A stretch of DNA of 64,000 bases from Geosiphon pyriformis uo1 (lineage: Eukaryota; Fungi; Glomeromycota): contig JAAOMT010000480.1 in the NCBI GenBank assembly GCA_016748015.1, positions 806,001 to 870,000 on the forward strand, given 5' to 3'. The notes beneath the pieces are model-generated. The model had not been told where the DNA came from, made no database searches, and saw only the letters and a list, made by a program, of their open reading frames with translations. Below are positions 52,259 through 64,000 of this stretch, in pieces. Each line of letters opens with the position of its first letter. The first letter of the stretch is position 1. Position numbers and translations under genes: made by a program.

Positions 52259-54219
52259 ATGGATCCAGTGAACTCTTCTGCTGGTGCTTCGAGTTCAAGT
52301 TCGGCTGGGTTGGGGTCCCAATCTGGCAGCAAAAAAATTAAAGCATGCATTGAGAGTGTATACTTGCATAGTTCTTCATACAAAAAGACAAAGTTGCCTG
52401 GTATCTCTAGTGGTGTTGTGGACTTGTCAAACAGCTTGCTCTTGGTGGGTATGCTACATGGTGATGGTGTTAGACTGCAGAAATCTTGGGGAAGTGAGAT
52501 AAATAGTAAGGAAGTGGGTATTAGTAAAGTGTCAGATGCCAAGAATTTGAAAAGCACAGTTGCTGAGGAGATGAGTTATATGGATCCCAATGCTTCTGAG
52601 ACTAATGAAATAGAAAATGATGCAACTCTTAAGAAAACATGAACAAGAATCTTCATTTTGAAATGGCCACCAAAAGCAATTTTCTTCACAAGCATGAGTG
52701 ACAACAATACTGAGTTGGTGCTTCTTGGGGCTAAATTTGCTGGATCCAATTGGCTGCTGCCTGTAATTTCATGTGTTTTAGAACGTTGTATTTTTGAACC
52801 AGTTAAATTGTTTGCCTTGGATGTAGAATTGTTAAATGTGCCTGGAAAGACTAATAGTGATAAGTTGATTTCAATTAAGAAAATTTTTTATCATATTGAT
52901 GGCTTTGGGGGTGCTTTAACTCCCTCAAAATTTCCTGGAATCATAAGATCAACCTTCACAAGTGAATCTAGTTTAAATAAGGCCAAATTAATGGTGATTA
53001 ATAAAAAAGTTGTTGTTAACACTAATCTCAAAAAAGTAAACAGCTGTACAAATCAGAAGATAATTATCAAGGAGATCCCAGTAGATCTTCCCAGATCAGC
53101 AATTAAGGCAGTGTTTTCCAAGTTTGATAAGATTGTTTCTGTTAAGTTGCAGCTTGTTGGTCTTTGGCAAAAAACCTGGTAGAATATGAATTATCTGAGA
53201 TGGTTGATTTGGTCACAGTTAGATGGTCTGTGCTTGTGGAAAAAGATTCTGTTTGTGTGGCAAAGACAATTGGTGATAAACAATTGTGAGTATCCAGAGA
53301 TCAGCATCAAACATTGCTTTACACTCTTCTAATTGGCACCACTGCTCATGATCTTTCTGGTCTGTTAGATTCATATAGTGGGAAGACCTGTGTCATTGGT
53401 TATAATCCAGTTATGTATGTTTACAATAGGTGTGCTGTTATTTGTTTTGTTGATGAAGCATTCAAAGTGGCTGTTATTGGTTCGGCTCCAATCTTTAAAG
53501 GTGTGAGTTTGCATTGGGCTGGTTTTTCTCTGGTCTGTTGCACTGCGTGTAAACAGTTCAGTCATGTTTCTGGTGCCTGTTCTGTGGGTGAAAATTCTGG
53601 TGGTTGTGGCAAGCATGTGGTTACTTCTCAAAATTGGATTTGTCTGGCTAATATATATAGGAAAAAGCACACTTACATTTGCCGTTCAGTTTCTTTTAGT
53701 GGTAAAACATGGGCTTAGATTGCTGGCGATTCCCTCTTTTGTGTGACTTCTTCAGTTGCTTCTAGTGTTGGTTTGATTCTGGGTGTAAAACCTCTTTCAA
53801 TGGCCTCTGAGTCTCTTGATATTTCTGATTTGAGTAATTATTTGGCATCTTTGGAATGCTCTTTAGAGCTCTTAGCCAATCGAGTTTCCAGTATTGTGAA
53901 AAAACTGAGCTGTGTTGAATTGGTGCCACTAATGCCTCTTTCTTGTGTTTCTTTTCTGGCTGTTTTTGCACCTGCAGGTTCAATTAAGGACTCAGATATG
54001 GCTCTGGATGATGGATCAACTTTGTTTGTCCCCTCTTTTTCTAGTGCTAATGAATCTGTTGTTGTTTTTAGTTCTAGCAGCTCAAAGGTTTTTATCTTTA
54101 AAGTAGGTGGTCTGGAATCTAAGATGTCTGCTCTGGAGACTTCTATCAGTTTGGTTCTGGTGAGATTAGATTATTTGTGTTCTAATTCGGGTTTTTCTAG
54201 TTGTCCTTTGTCTCAATGA
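52259..54219 (+). pseudogene. LINE ORF1 (RRM-like segments, CCHC knuckle, coiled-coil C-terminus)
   Basis: IIIKEIPVDLPRSAIKAVFSKFDKIVSV (RRM-like); CTACKQFSHVSGAC; several stops/frameshifts. Confidence 0.85.
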
Positions 54220-57200
54220 GCGATTTGGTTTGGAAATTTGCAACATGCAATGTTCGAGGTATCAATGTTCTTACTAAGCAAGCAGACATTGTTTGTTGGC
54301 ATGTGAGTTCTGGAAATATGGTTTTTTTTGTTACCAAAACAAAGTTGAGGTCCTCTGCTGGGCCATGGATCAAGAATAAGTTTGATGGGGTTCAGATTTT
54401 TACTTCTGGTTTGGATGTTGGTCATCTTGGTGCTGGTGTTGCTGTAATTATGAACAATTTTTTGGCACACCATGTTTCTAAGATTGATGAGATTTCTGGT
54501 CAGGTTGTCTCTGTGCAATTGTTGTTTAAAGACAAGCTCTCGGTGACTGTGCTTGGTTTGTATGCTGGTGCTTCTTCTGGTGTTCGTTTTAATAAGACGT
54601 TTAAGGTTAATTCTATCATTGCCAAGGCTGTTAATACTAGTACTTTTGTTATATTGGGTGAGAATTTCAATGAAAGCAGGTCTGGGAGGAGCATAAGTTT
54701 CAGGTTTTGCTTGGGTCTGGGTCTGGTTAATTCTTTTACTAACCATTATTTGGCTGGGGCATCTATGTAACACAATTTAAGAGGAGTTGAAAAGACTATT
54801 AATTACATTTTAGTTAGTGAAAACCTGTCTTCTGCTGTTGTTAAGCATTGTATTGGGCCTGTTTCTGAATTTTTTAATATGAATCACAGTGCTGTTATGG
54901 TGTTGGTTGGTTTGGATGAACTCTTAGATGTTCGGTTAAATAGTTTGTACAAGCAGACTAACAAAGATTGTTGGAAGTTCAGGATTAAGGATGCAGATTT
55001 TGCCAAGTGAACTAAGTTTAAGAATTGTGTTTCGGCTAGGCTTTAGCTGGTCGGAGATCTCTTCTTTGATGCCCAAGCTGGTGGTGATTTGGATACTATG
55101 TGGACAATTTTGGAAAGAGAATTGGTTGTTTCAGCTGATGAGATTTTCTCGAGACATTGGTTTAGTAAATTTCAGTGCTCTAAAAATAGGCATTTTTCAA
55201 AGTTCTTTGGGTTGAGTTGTTCATTGCCAAGATTGTTAGTAAGATTTGTTCTGGTAACATGCTTGGAGTTAATTGTTTTGTAAGAAAATGGTCCACTTTG
55301 AATAGGGCCAAAGCTTGTATTTTCTCTAACTTGATCATCTTGGGTGAGAATAGTGTGGTTCTTCTCAAACACTTGTCATTAGTTCACAAAGAGTATAGGA
55401 GATCAAAAATGTTTGAGTCAAGATTGGCTGAAGAGACATTTATTTGGAATGCTATAGACAAGTGCATGAAGAGTTTTGTTTCTAATAAGGATGGCATAAT
55501 CAGAAGTGTTTTGGACCAGTTTTTTTACAAGGTGGTCCTTGACCATTTGGTGGTTGATGGTGACTTGGTTTTGGAGCCCAAAGAAGTGAAATCTAAGATA
55601 GATGAAATCATAATAGGATGGACAAGAGTGTGCACTGTACCTCTATTGTTGCCTGATCATTGGGTTCACCAGTACATGCCATTAGATTATGTAAGAGACA
55701 AGGCTTTTTCTGGTGTTATGAAAGAGATTGGTATGAAGGAGTTGCTTCTGGTGGTGGGTGGTCTGCCTGATGGCAAAGCCACTGGTCTGTCTGGTATTCC
55801 TAATAAACTGTAAAAGCATAGTGGTAAGGTGGCTTTAAGTTGTCTGTTGACTTTGTTGAATGGTTGCTTGTCTGCTGGCAGGGTGTCTGTTTCTTGACAA
55901 AAGGCTTGGGTGTCAATAATTTCTAAGCCATATGATTGGGATGATGTTCTTACAAACATGCATCCTATTGCTCTGATTAAAACTGCCAGGAAAATTCTTT
56001 CTAAGGTTTTGTGTAATCAGATTTCATTTGCGTGTAGTAAGTTTGATGTTCTCCATGGTGACAATTTTTCAGTATTGAAGGGCATGTCTATACAGTCTCT
56101 GGTGTTTGCTGTTAGAGCGGTTGTAGAGAATGCTCTTGAAAAGAATAGGGAACTTTGGCTGGTCCTACAGAACATGCAAAAAGCATATAATTTTGTTGGA
56201 TGGCATCATTTGAGGGCTAACTTACAGAAAATTAAGATGTGTGACAAGTTCATTGAATTTTTTGGTAATATACACAAAAATAGATTCAACAAGGTGATGA
56301 CTAATTTTGGTCTCTCTGATGGTTATCATGTTTGTGATGATTTAAATCAAGGTGAAGTCTTCTTACTACTTTTGTGGAGAATTTTTTATGATCCACTTCT
56401 ATGTGAAGTCAAGAAACATGAACAGTTTTTTGGATACTAGATATGTTCCAAGTTTGTTTCAAAATCAGGTCAGATTGAGAGCAGTAGTGAGTTGTCTTCT
56501 TATTTTATGGCTGGTGCTTTCATTAATGATGGGAACTGTCAAGCTGCTACTCAGAATATTTTGGACATTGCAAATAAGTTTTTTGTTGTCAATAAAATAT
56601 TCATCAACAATGAAAAAACTGTGGCCATTCCAATTAATTTGGGTATTAAAGTTGCTTCTTTGAATATTAGTGGTCTGCCTATTTTGATAGCCAAGAAGAG
56701 TGAAGCTCATCATTATTTGGGGATTTTTTTGTCTACTGAGGAACTTTCAAAGCTGAGTGTGACCAAGGCTCATTCTGATGTTCATTTCTTTGCTAATGTG
56801 GTTTTTAAGAAGGCTATTACTAATAAACAGTTTTTGTATTTGGTGTCAGCCGTCTTGCAGCCTATTGTTAACTATTGCACTTAGTTCAGTTTTGTTTTGT
56901 TGAATATTTGCTGCAAATAGGATGTAATATTGAGAAAGGGTCTTAAGTTCAAGACTGGTTTATCTTGTGATTTCCCCAGTGAGGCTCTGTGTTATCCATC
57001 TTTATATGGTCTGAAGTTTTTTGAGCAGATGCAGTCTGAAGGGAAGTTGGCTGCCTTGATTTCATTTTCCAATTCTTCCAGAGTGCTTGGCCAATTGTTT
57101 GAGCACAGGTGTCTCAATTTGCAGGTTCTGGTGTGGTCTCCTTTGAACCCTTTGCAGTTTCCTGTTAAGTTGCATGTTAGTCCTGTGAACAATTTTTTGG

Positions 57201-58888
57201 CTGGTGTGATTAAGATTCTGTTGTGCAATAAGTTGTCTTTGTTGAACAGCTTGCCCAACACATTTTGCAGTCCTGGTAGTTTTTCTGTGTCTTCTATTCT
57301 GGGAAGTTCTCTGCACTTCAATTCTGTTCATTCATTAATGCATTTTGGTGTGGCTTTTGGTAATAGGTTGTTTGATAGAAAGAGATGTGTTATGAGTTGA
57401 GTAACTTTTAGACACTAGCAGAAATTGGATCCAAGAGGTTCTGTTTCTTACTGGTTTAGGGTTGTGTCTGATTTTCTTTGTAGGGCTGGCGTCTTATTGG
57501 CCGGTTCTGTAAAGTCTACTTGTATTAATGGTTTGAACATTCTGAATTCTGAAAATTTTTCTGAGATTCTTGGTGGGTTGCATAAGATCTGATCTGACTT
57601 GTTTGAGATTTTTACGGATGGCTCATTAAAAAATTTTGGTCATGCTGATGTTGCCAGTGGTGTGGCTGCTTATTTTTCTGCTATTGATTTGAGTATTGGT
57701 GTTAGGGTTCATGGTCTGTTGTCTTCTACTATGGCCAAACTGCAAGCCATTGCTTTGTTTTTGAAGTGTGTTCTGTCTTCTTGTACAGTGGTCGTGCATA
57801 CTAATAGCCAGATGGCTATTAATACGTGCATTTCTGAAATGTCATTGTCTGCACCTAATTTTTGCTCCTCTTGTTGGTTGGAAAAACGCCAAATTTTTAA
57901 TTTGATTCACAAGAAGAATTTTTTTGTATGGTGGGTTAAGGTTAAAGAACATTCTGGAATTTTTGGCAATGTTAAAGCTGATGCTGCTGTTGATGATGCT
58001 GCTTTTTTTTATTTGTCTTTGCCTGTCAGTGTTTGGAAGCAATTTTTGGTAGCTGAGAGCACATCAGTATCTGGCAACACTCATCATTTTGTTTGAGATT
58101 TGTATAGATCTGTTTGTTGTGCACAATGGGAAGCAGGTCTTGGCTGTAATGTGATTTCTGAGATGCTAATTAAGACTGTAGATTGGGGTGCTACTGCTAA
58201 GGTGTGACATCCTGATTTGCATATGCTTGTTGGTTTTACTAGTCAGAAGTCTTCTTGTCTTTGTACATATCTGATGAAAGCTGTGCATCGACAGCTTTCT
58301 GTGGCAGTTAGAAAACGGTTATATGATAGGTTTTACTCTGGTGTGCTATGCTTACTGTGTCATGAGGTGGAGTTACCACATTTTCACATGTTCTCATAAT
58401 GTAGAGATTTGTGGGGAAGTTCTGGCTGTGGCATCTGTGGATTGGCTTTCCATGGTTGGTTCTTGTGGCTCATTGCCTTCTGCTGTTTTGTGATCTCTTG
58501 GTCAGTGTTCTGTGGATGTTGAATTGTATTCAGTCTTGTGTAAGAAGTTTGTGCTAAGGGAATAGTGTGCTGAAGCTGTGGGGATTTTTGATGATAGAAA
58601 GGAGGCTATTGGTGCTGTGGTTGGCTTTGTGGGCATTTAGTTAAGTTATATTGCTCTAAAGTTTGGTTGGCGAGGTTAGCGTTTAGGGTGAGAATGAAGA
58701 AAGCTGGTTTGGTTGGGGATGACAGTTTGTTTTTAGGTTTGTCTCACTGCTTGGGTTCTTTGTTGTTCAATAAGGTGGTAAGAATGCTTGGTGTTGCTGG
58801 CTCTTTTGCTGTTAGTTTTGGCCGTCGCAGGTCTTATCTCTTTTTCTCTGGTTTGGATAGTAGTCCGTGTGTTAGTATTGGTGTGTAG
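54216..58888 (+). pseudogene. LINE ORF2: APE endonuclease - RT - RNase H - CCHC
   Basis: TCNVRG, LGENFN, INYI; GKATGLSGIPN, HPIALI, QNMQKAYNFVGW, LNQGEVF..LLWRIFYDPLL; FTDGSL, KVKEHSGIFGNVKAD; CLLCHEVE. Confidence 0.95.
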
Positions 58889-59326
58889 TGTTGTCTTGTC
58901 TGGCCTGAGTGGCTAGTCACATGTAGAAAATACATGAGCTGTGTTTAGTTTGAGCCTCTTAGTTTGGTTTTATGTACTAGATAGCAGTTGGACTTTACTC
59001 ATTATAAGCATAATAATAAAAAAATTTTCTTAATTTATAGATATTTTTATATTAAAAAAATATTTTATAAAAAAACTAGAACTTAAAGCAATAAATTTTA
59101 TGTTAAAAACTATTTACAACAACAGCTAAATTAACAAATATTTATTACAAAATTAGAACAATTTTAAGACTTTATAACCTATTTTATATTTCAAAAATAT
59201 CTTATAAAACCCAATTTTACAATTCATAAAAACTTAATATATTAAAAAACTTACAAAACTGAAATTTTAACAATTTTTAGACCAGTATTTAAATTTTAAT
59301 AAAATTCAATCTTGAAAAAAAAGTTA

Positions 59327-60195
59327 TATTATTAGAAAAAATTTGAATTATTAATTAATATAAAATTATTTTTATAATTAATTATTATTTATTATTACAT
59401 CAAATTATTTAAATTATCATTTAATTAATAACTTAATTTGTATAGAACATAAATATAACCAAATTATAATGATTAGATTATATAATATTCTAAACTATAT
59501 AATATTTAAAAATTTGCCAAAATATTTAAAATTTGATAAAATATTCAATAGTTTATTAAAATAATTATAGTTTATAAAAATAACTTGTAGTTTGACAAAA
59601 TATATTTTTATTTAACTAAAATATTAAAAAATAAGTTATATATAAAAAAAGTTTTTTTTTGAAAAAATGTATTTTAATTCTTAGAATCATTTTTTTTACA
59701 AATCAATTCAATAAAAATTACTTTAAAAATTGAAAATTCTTAATTATTACTGCTTTAAAATTATTTATTTGAACTATTATTTTAAAATTAATTAGCTACT
59801 AATTTTAATAATAATTAATATTTTTAAGTCTAAATCTAAAACAATTTTATTAAACTTATTTTTTATTTTTTTCTTTATTTTATATTATTAAATAGTCTAC
59901 AATTAAGACTTTTTATAAAAAAGTTGATTTTTATAGCAAAATAACTACATATATTATTAAAAAGTTTACAAACTAGTAATTTTTGTAAAAAAAATTGATT
60001 TATATTACAAAATAATTATATAAAATAATTAGTAAAGAATTGGCAATTTTATTATAACTTCAATAGCATACAAAATTTAAAATATAAAGAAATATTTTAG
60101 AAGAAAAATTAGCTTGTTAAAAATTTAACAACTTTTATTAACAGCAAAACAATATTAATAATAATAAAAAAATAATAAAAAAATTTTTAGTAATA
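59327..60195 (-). mobile_element. M-family element M4 (about 870 bp)
   Basis: Both termini recognisable (tattattagaaaaaatttg... and ...tttttagtaata); colinear with M2; TSD unclear. Confidence 0.75.
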
Positions 60196-60774
60196 CTATT
60201 AACAATTTTAAAAATATTGGTTAATTTTTTATTAACTTAAAATTATATATTTAAGTAGTTGTCTTTTGGTTTTTTGTTGTTATGCTTTTGGTATTATCTG
60301 CTATTGTATTTGTTATTAATTCTATAATTGGTTTTAAACTAAATTTTTTGAAATCTTAGATTTTAAATTTGATTGTTTTAATTAAGTTTGTTATTAAACC
60401 AATTGGTATTTTAATTACTTTAATTACTTTTTTTTGACTAAAAATATACACAAAAATCTCAAAATAAAAAAAAACTTGGTTATTATAATAAATATTTTTA
60501 AAAGTTTTATTGATTTTTTGATTAATTTGTTTAAAAACTTTGCTAATTTTAAAGTTAAAATGGATTTTGAAAAAATAAATAAAAACAAAATTAATACTGT
60601 CAAAGCATTTTTTTAAGTAATAACACTATTAAAAATTTGGTTATTTTGTAATAAATAAATAATATTAAAAAACTAAACTGTTTTTTAGTAAGTTTATTTT
60701 TAATAATCGAAATTTAAATAGAATTATAAAAAACTTACTAAATTACATTTATTTTTAGTCTTTTTAATTTAGCT

Positions 60775-60910
60775 TAATTAATGTTTTAATTGACTTGAAT
60801 AGTTAATTATATGTAAAAAAATATATATAAAATATGTTTAATTTATGTTATTTAGTTAATATATTATATTAGATAGTATTTAAACATACTTTATTAATAA
60901 ATAAATAAAA
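60775..60910 (+). mobile_element. Orphan LINE 3' UTR stub
   Basis: gttttaattgacttgaatagttaattatatgtaaaaaaatatata...ttattaataaataaataaaa matches the family 3' UTR. Confidence 0.65.
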
Positions 60911-61120
60911 ATTTATACAATATTATATTTGAAAATTTTGTTAAATTTATTTTTATTTATTAGTATTTGCTTACTAAATTAAAAATTAAAAACTATTTTT
61001 TCATTAAATTATCTATAATTTTTTAAATAAAAAAAATTAAGTAACTATTATTATGTTGTTATTTAAGTAGAAAAAACGATTCAAATAATTAAAAAAACGT
61101 GATTACTATGTAAGAACACA

Positions 61121-61190
61121 GAATAATGCGAAATAATATAAATAATATAAAATAACATAAAATAACATAAAATAATACAGAATAATATAA
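61121..61190 (+). repeat. 7 x 10-bp minisatellite (aataa[c/t][g/a][c/t][g/a]a)
   Basis: aataatgcga aataatataa aataatataa aataacataa aataacataa aataatacag aataatataa. Confidence 0.85.
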
Positions 61191-63245
61191 AAAAGCACAA
61201 AAAAACTAGTGATAACTAAAGATAACTAGCTATAATATAAAAACAAAACAATAACTAAAATAGTAAATAATAGCTAATGATAACAAGCAATTGAAAAATA
61301 ATTTTATAGAATTAAAAAATATGTATAAAAATAAATAGTTTAATAAAAAAAACAAACAAAAATCAAAGTAATATTTCTATCTTATAATTAGTCTTAAAAA
61401 CCTCCTTTTTTTTTATTGTTTATATTTTTAATTTACCAAATAAAATATTATTGTTTAAAATTTTATATATTTATAATCAGAATTATCTAATTGTCAAAAT
61501 CTGATTAATTGTTTTTACTTATCTTTGTTTTAAGTTAAATACAATTAACATAAATGTTTTTAGAATCTTAATAACTTAATCTAATTGTTTTTAATTATAA
61601 CAATTGATAAAATATTACTTTTTTTAATTTTTCTTGTAAAGCAACAACATTGAAAATCAATTATCTAAGAATAAATTTCATAATAGTCTGGTAAAAAAGA
61701 AAAGTTTTTCCTAAGTTTGAATATTAATTTTGTTTTGTTAGCTTACCAAAAGAATAAAAAAACACTAACAAATCTTAGCAATTGTATTTAACTAGCTTGA
61801 AGAAAATATAATTACAAAAACATAACTATAAAAACACTATTTTTGTGCTTTATAACCAAAAAACTTAATAAATAAAACTCCAAACTAAAAATTTTTTTGA
61901 AATTAATAACTGACTTAACTAATAAAATTAATTTATATACATCTAATTGGCTCTTATTATTTAATAATAAGTGCCAAATATTATAATCATATCTTATTAA
62001 ATTTATTTGTAACATTTAGTGCTTGTTATAAGATTATAAAATTTACAAAGTAGTGACTATTAGAACAGTTAAAAACGATTACTTGTCTTTCAGAAAAGCA
62101 CTATATCAATACTTTTGAGAAAATCTAAAAATCTCAAAAAAAATATTTGTAGCCAAAAGCGATTTTTTTTACTATGTATACACTAAAATTAACTATTATT
62201 TAGGCAAAACAGCTAATATTAGAAGACTTAGAAAACAAATTACCAAAATTTACTATTATATTTAATTACTACTATCAAAAAAACAATTACAGAAACTTTT
62301 TTTATTGACAAAAAAATTAAAAAATATATATAAAACCAGTATTTACAACTTAAAAGAAATTATAATACTAAAACTTCTTTTAAAAAATCTGAATTGAATA
62401 CTAAAAGCAATATTTAACAACAATTTAACAAAAAAATTTGCAATTTACTGTTAGCAAAAAGTCAAAATTTTTATTATTAACAATATTATTATATTACTAA
62501 ATCTTAAAAAATAAAATATTACTTAATTAACTTAACAAATTACAGCCTAAAACTTCAAAAACTTTCAGAAATTTTTATTTTTAAGACTTTAACAAAAATT
62601 TTTGAATTAAATTATTAAAAAAATATAAAACTTTTTTTGAAAATTTTATTCTTACAATAAATACTATTCTCTAAAATACTGTTATTTGGTAACAATAAAT
62701 ATTATAATTATTAGCTAAATTAATAATTACTACTTTAGAAAAAATATTTTTATTTTAACTTTTTATAATAGTTAATAAAAAAAAACAACTAGTATTAAGT
62801 TCAATTAAATAATCAAACATATTTTACTAATTTTTTCTTTACTAATAAACAAACAACTTTTTATAATTTTTAATATAGTTTATAAAAATATTGATAAATT
62901 AAAAAAATTTTCTGGTAAAAAAAAAATGCTTATATATGAATTGTAAAAACTAAAAAAACAATTATGACCAATAATTAGAATAATGCTAAAATAATTTAAG
63001 TATTATTTTTCTTTTTAATAAGAATAGTTAATTCCTAATATTAAAATTTTACAAAAAAACAACTGATTTTGCTGTTTTTGAACTTGTATTTTTACAATAT
63101 TTTTGTAATTTAAATACTTTAATCAGACTACAAAATCAGTTTAGCATAATAAAACAAAAGAATTATAAAACTATAACTATTTATCTTAGATAATTCAATT
63201 AAATTCTTTGCCAAATTCAAGCTATTAAATAAAACTATTATATAT

Positions 63246-64000
63246 TGTTACAGTTTAAGAATTTAGCAAAAGAATCATAAAAATAATATAAACTATTCAA
63301 TCATAATATAGTGCAGTAATAATCTTAGAAAAGTAATGATTAACATAGTAGCAAACACCATCTTGCGATAGTAGCAAGCACCAGTTCACAATAGCAGCCA
63401 ACACCAACTGGTGATAGCAACAAACACCAGGTTGAAATATCAAAAAGAAAGTATTACAATGTGTTTTTTCATAGAACTACAAACATGTATATATAAAGTA
63501 GCTTTAATATTGAGAAAAAACAAGCAAGTAATAAAAATCATAACTTATCAAACAATAGATCCAATTTTATTCAACAAACTCCACTTTAAATCATACTTTC
63601 AAATTAAATATCCCAAGAAACCTTTAAATCAAAAAGAAATGAAAAAGAATATTTAAAACTAAATTATCACAGCCCAAAGTATTAAAAAACTTACTTGTAT
63701 TATTTATTGAATGAAACTATCATTCATTAACTGAATCCCTTGGAAGAATAATCCTTGATCAAGATTATTCACATTGTTACTAATTAATAAAAGCTTTATT
63801 GTAAGAATTAGAAAAAGTGCTAAAAGCCATTAATATTCTGTGTTTCTAGATTAGAAAAACACATCAGGCAATTGCAAGGATAGCCTCAGAGAAGACTCCA
63901 GACAGTGGGTAGATTTCAGTTCAGCCTCTAAGAAGGAGTACATAAACACACACAACAATTAGGAATTGAAGAATAACTTACATTACAACATTAAAAAGAA
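63246..64000 (+). mobile_element. S-type LTR, runs off the window end (5' LTR or solo)
   Basis: Very close match to 19823-20570; begins TGTTACAG; no PPT upstream. Confidence 0.93.

Larger units (their letters stand above)
52130..59024 (+). mobile_element. LINE copy L-F, full length (about 6.9 kb), best representative of the family
   Basis: Sharp GC rise; ORF1 + ORF2 + 3' UTR + (taa)n/A tail; TSD not resolved. Confidence 0.96.

Noticed and set aside
54213-54773. 186-aa antisense ORF in L-F and other antisense ORFs (52120, 53371, 56992, 26959)
   Set aside because: Shadow frames of GT-rich LINE coding sequence; no motifs and no sign of conservation as open frames in other copies
61200-63245. 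Possible decayed coding sequence or transposase
   Set aside because: No recognisable motif; too degraded to call
1-64000. Alternative genetic code (TAA/TAG=Gln, TGA=Trp) or organellar origin explaining the in-frame stops
   Set aside because: Stops differ between copies and co-occur with frameshifts and destroyed catalytic residues (DD>DN); this fits mutation, not recoding

Overview
Very AT-rich eukaryotic DNA, almost certainly fungal; from memory the TE peptides resemble Glomeromycotina/Geosiphon-type hypothetical proteins, which I have not verified. I find no intact host gene, rRNA, tRNA or CRISPR array. The window is a nested transposon graveyard with four components. (1) Three related Ty3/Gypsy LTR retrotransposons. 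G1 (32828-42813) is full length with both LTRs. G2 (2679-7107, minus strand) is the 3' half only. G3 (about 28250-50273) is old and hosts four later insertions, including all of G1. In G1 and G3 the pol carries a Cys-rich cluster and a dUTPase between protease and RT, and all three have an extra ORF between integrase and the 3' LTR. (2) Six substantial copies plus one 3'-UTR stub of an APE-RT-RNaseH-CCHC LINE family. It has an ATGA ORF1/ORF2 overlap, an inferred FVDD RT motif and a conserved double-hairpin 3' UTR. (3) A non-coding element of about 967 bp with TG...CA ends, roughly 22-bp inverted termini and a 4-bp TSD (five copies; Ginger-like MITE or solo LTR). (4) Solo or partial LTRs, a long inverted repeat and minisatellites. 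All elements are inactivated by C>T/G>A transitions in CpA/CpC/CpT as well as CpG contexts (RIP-like), with a clear age gradient. Boundaries backed by a TSD are exact to a few bases; the rest are approximate.
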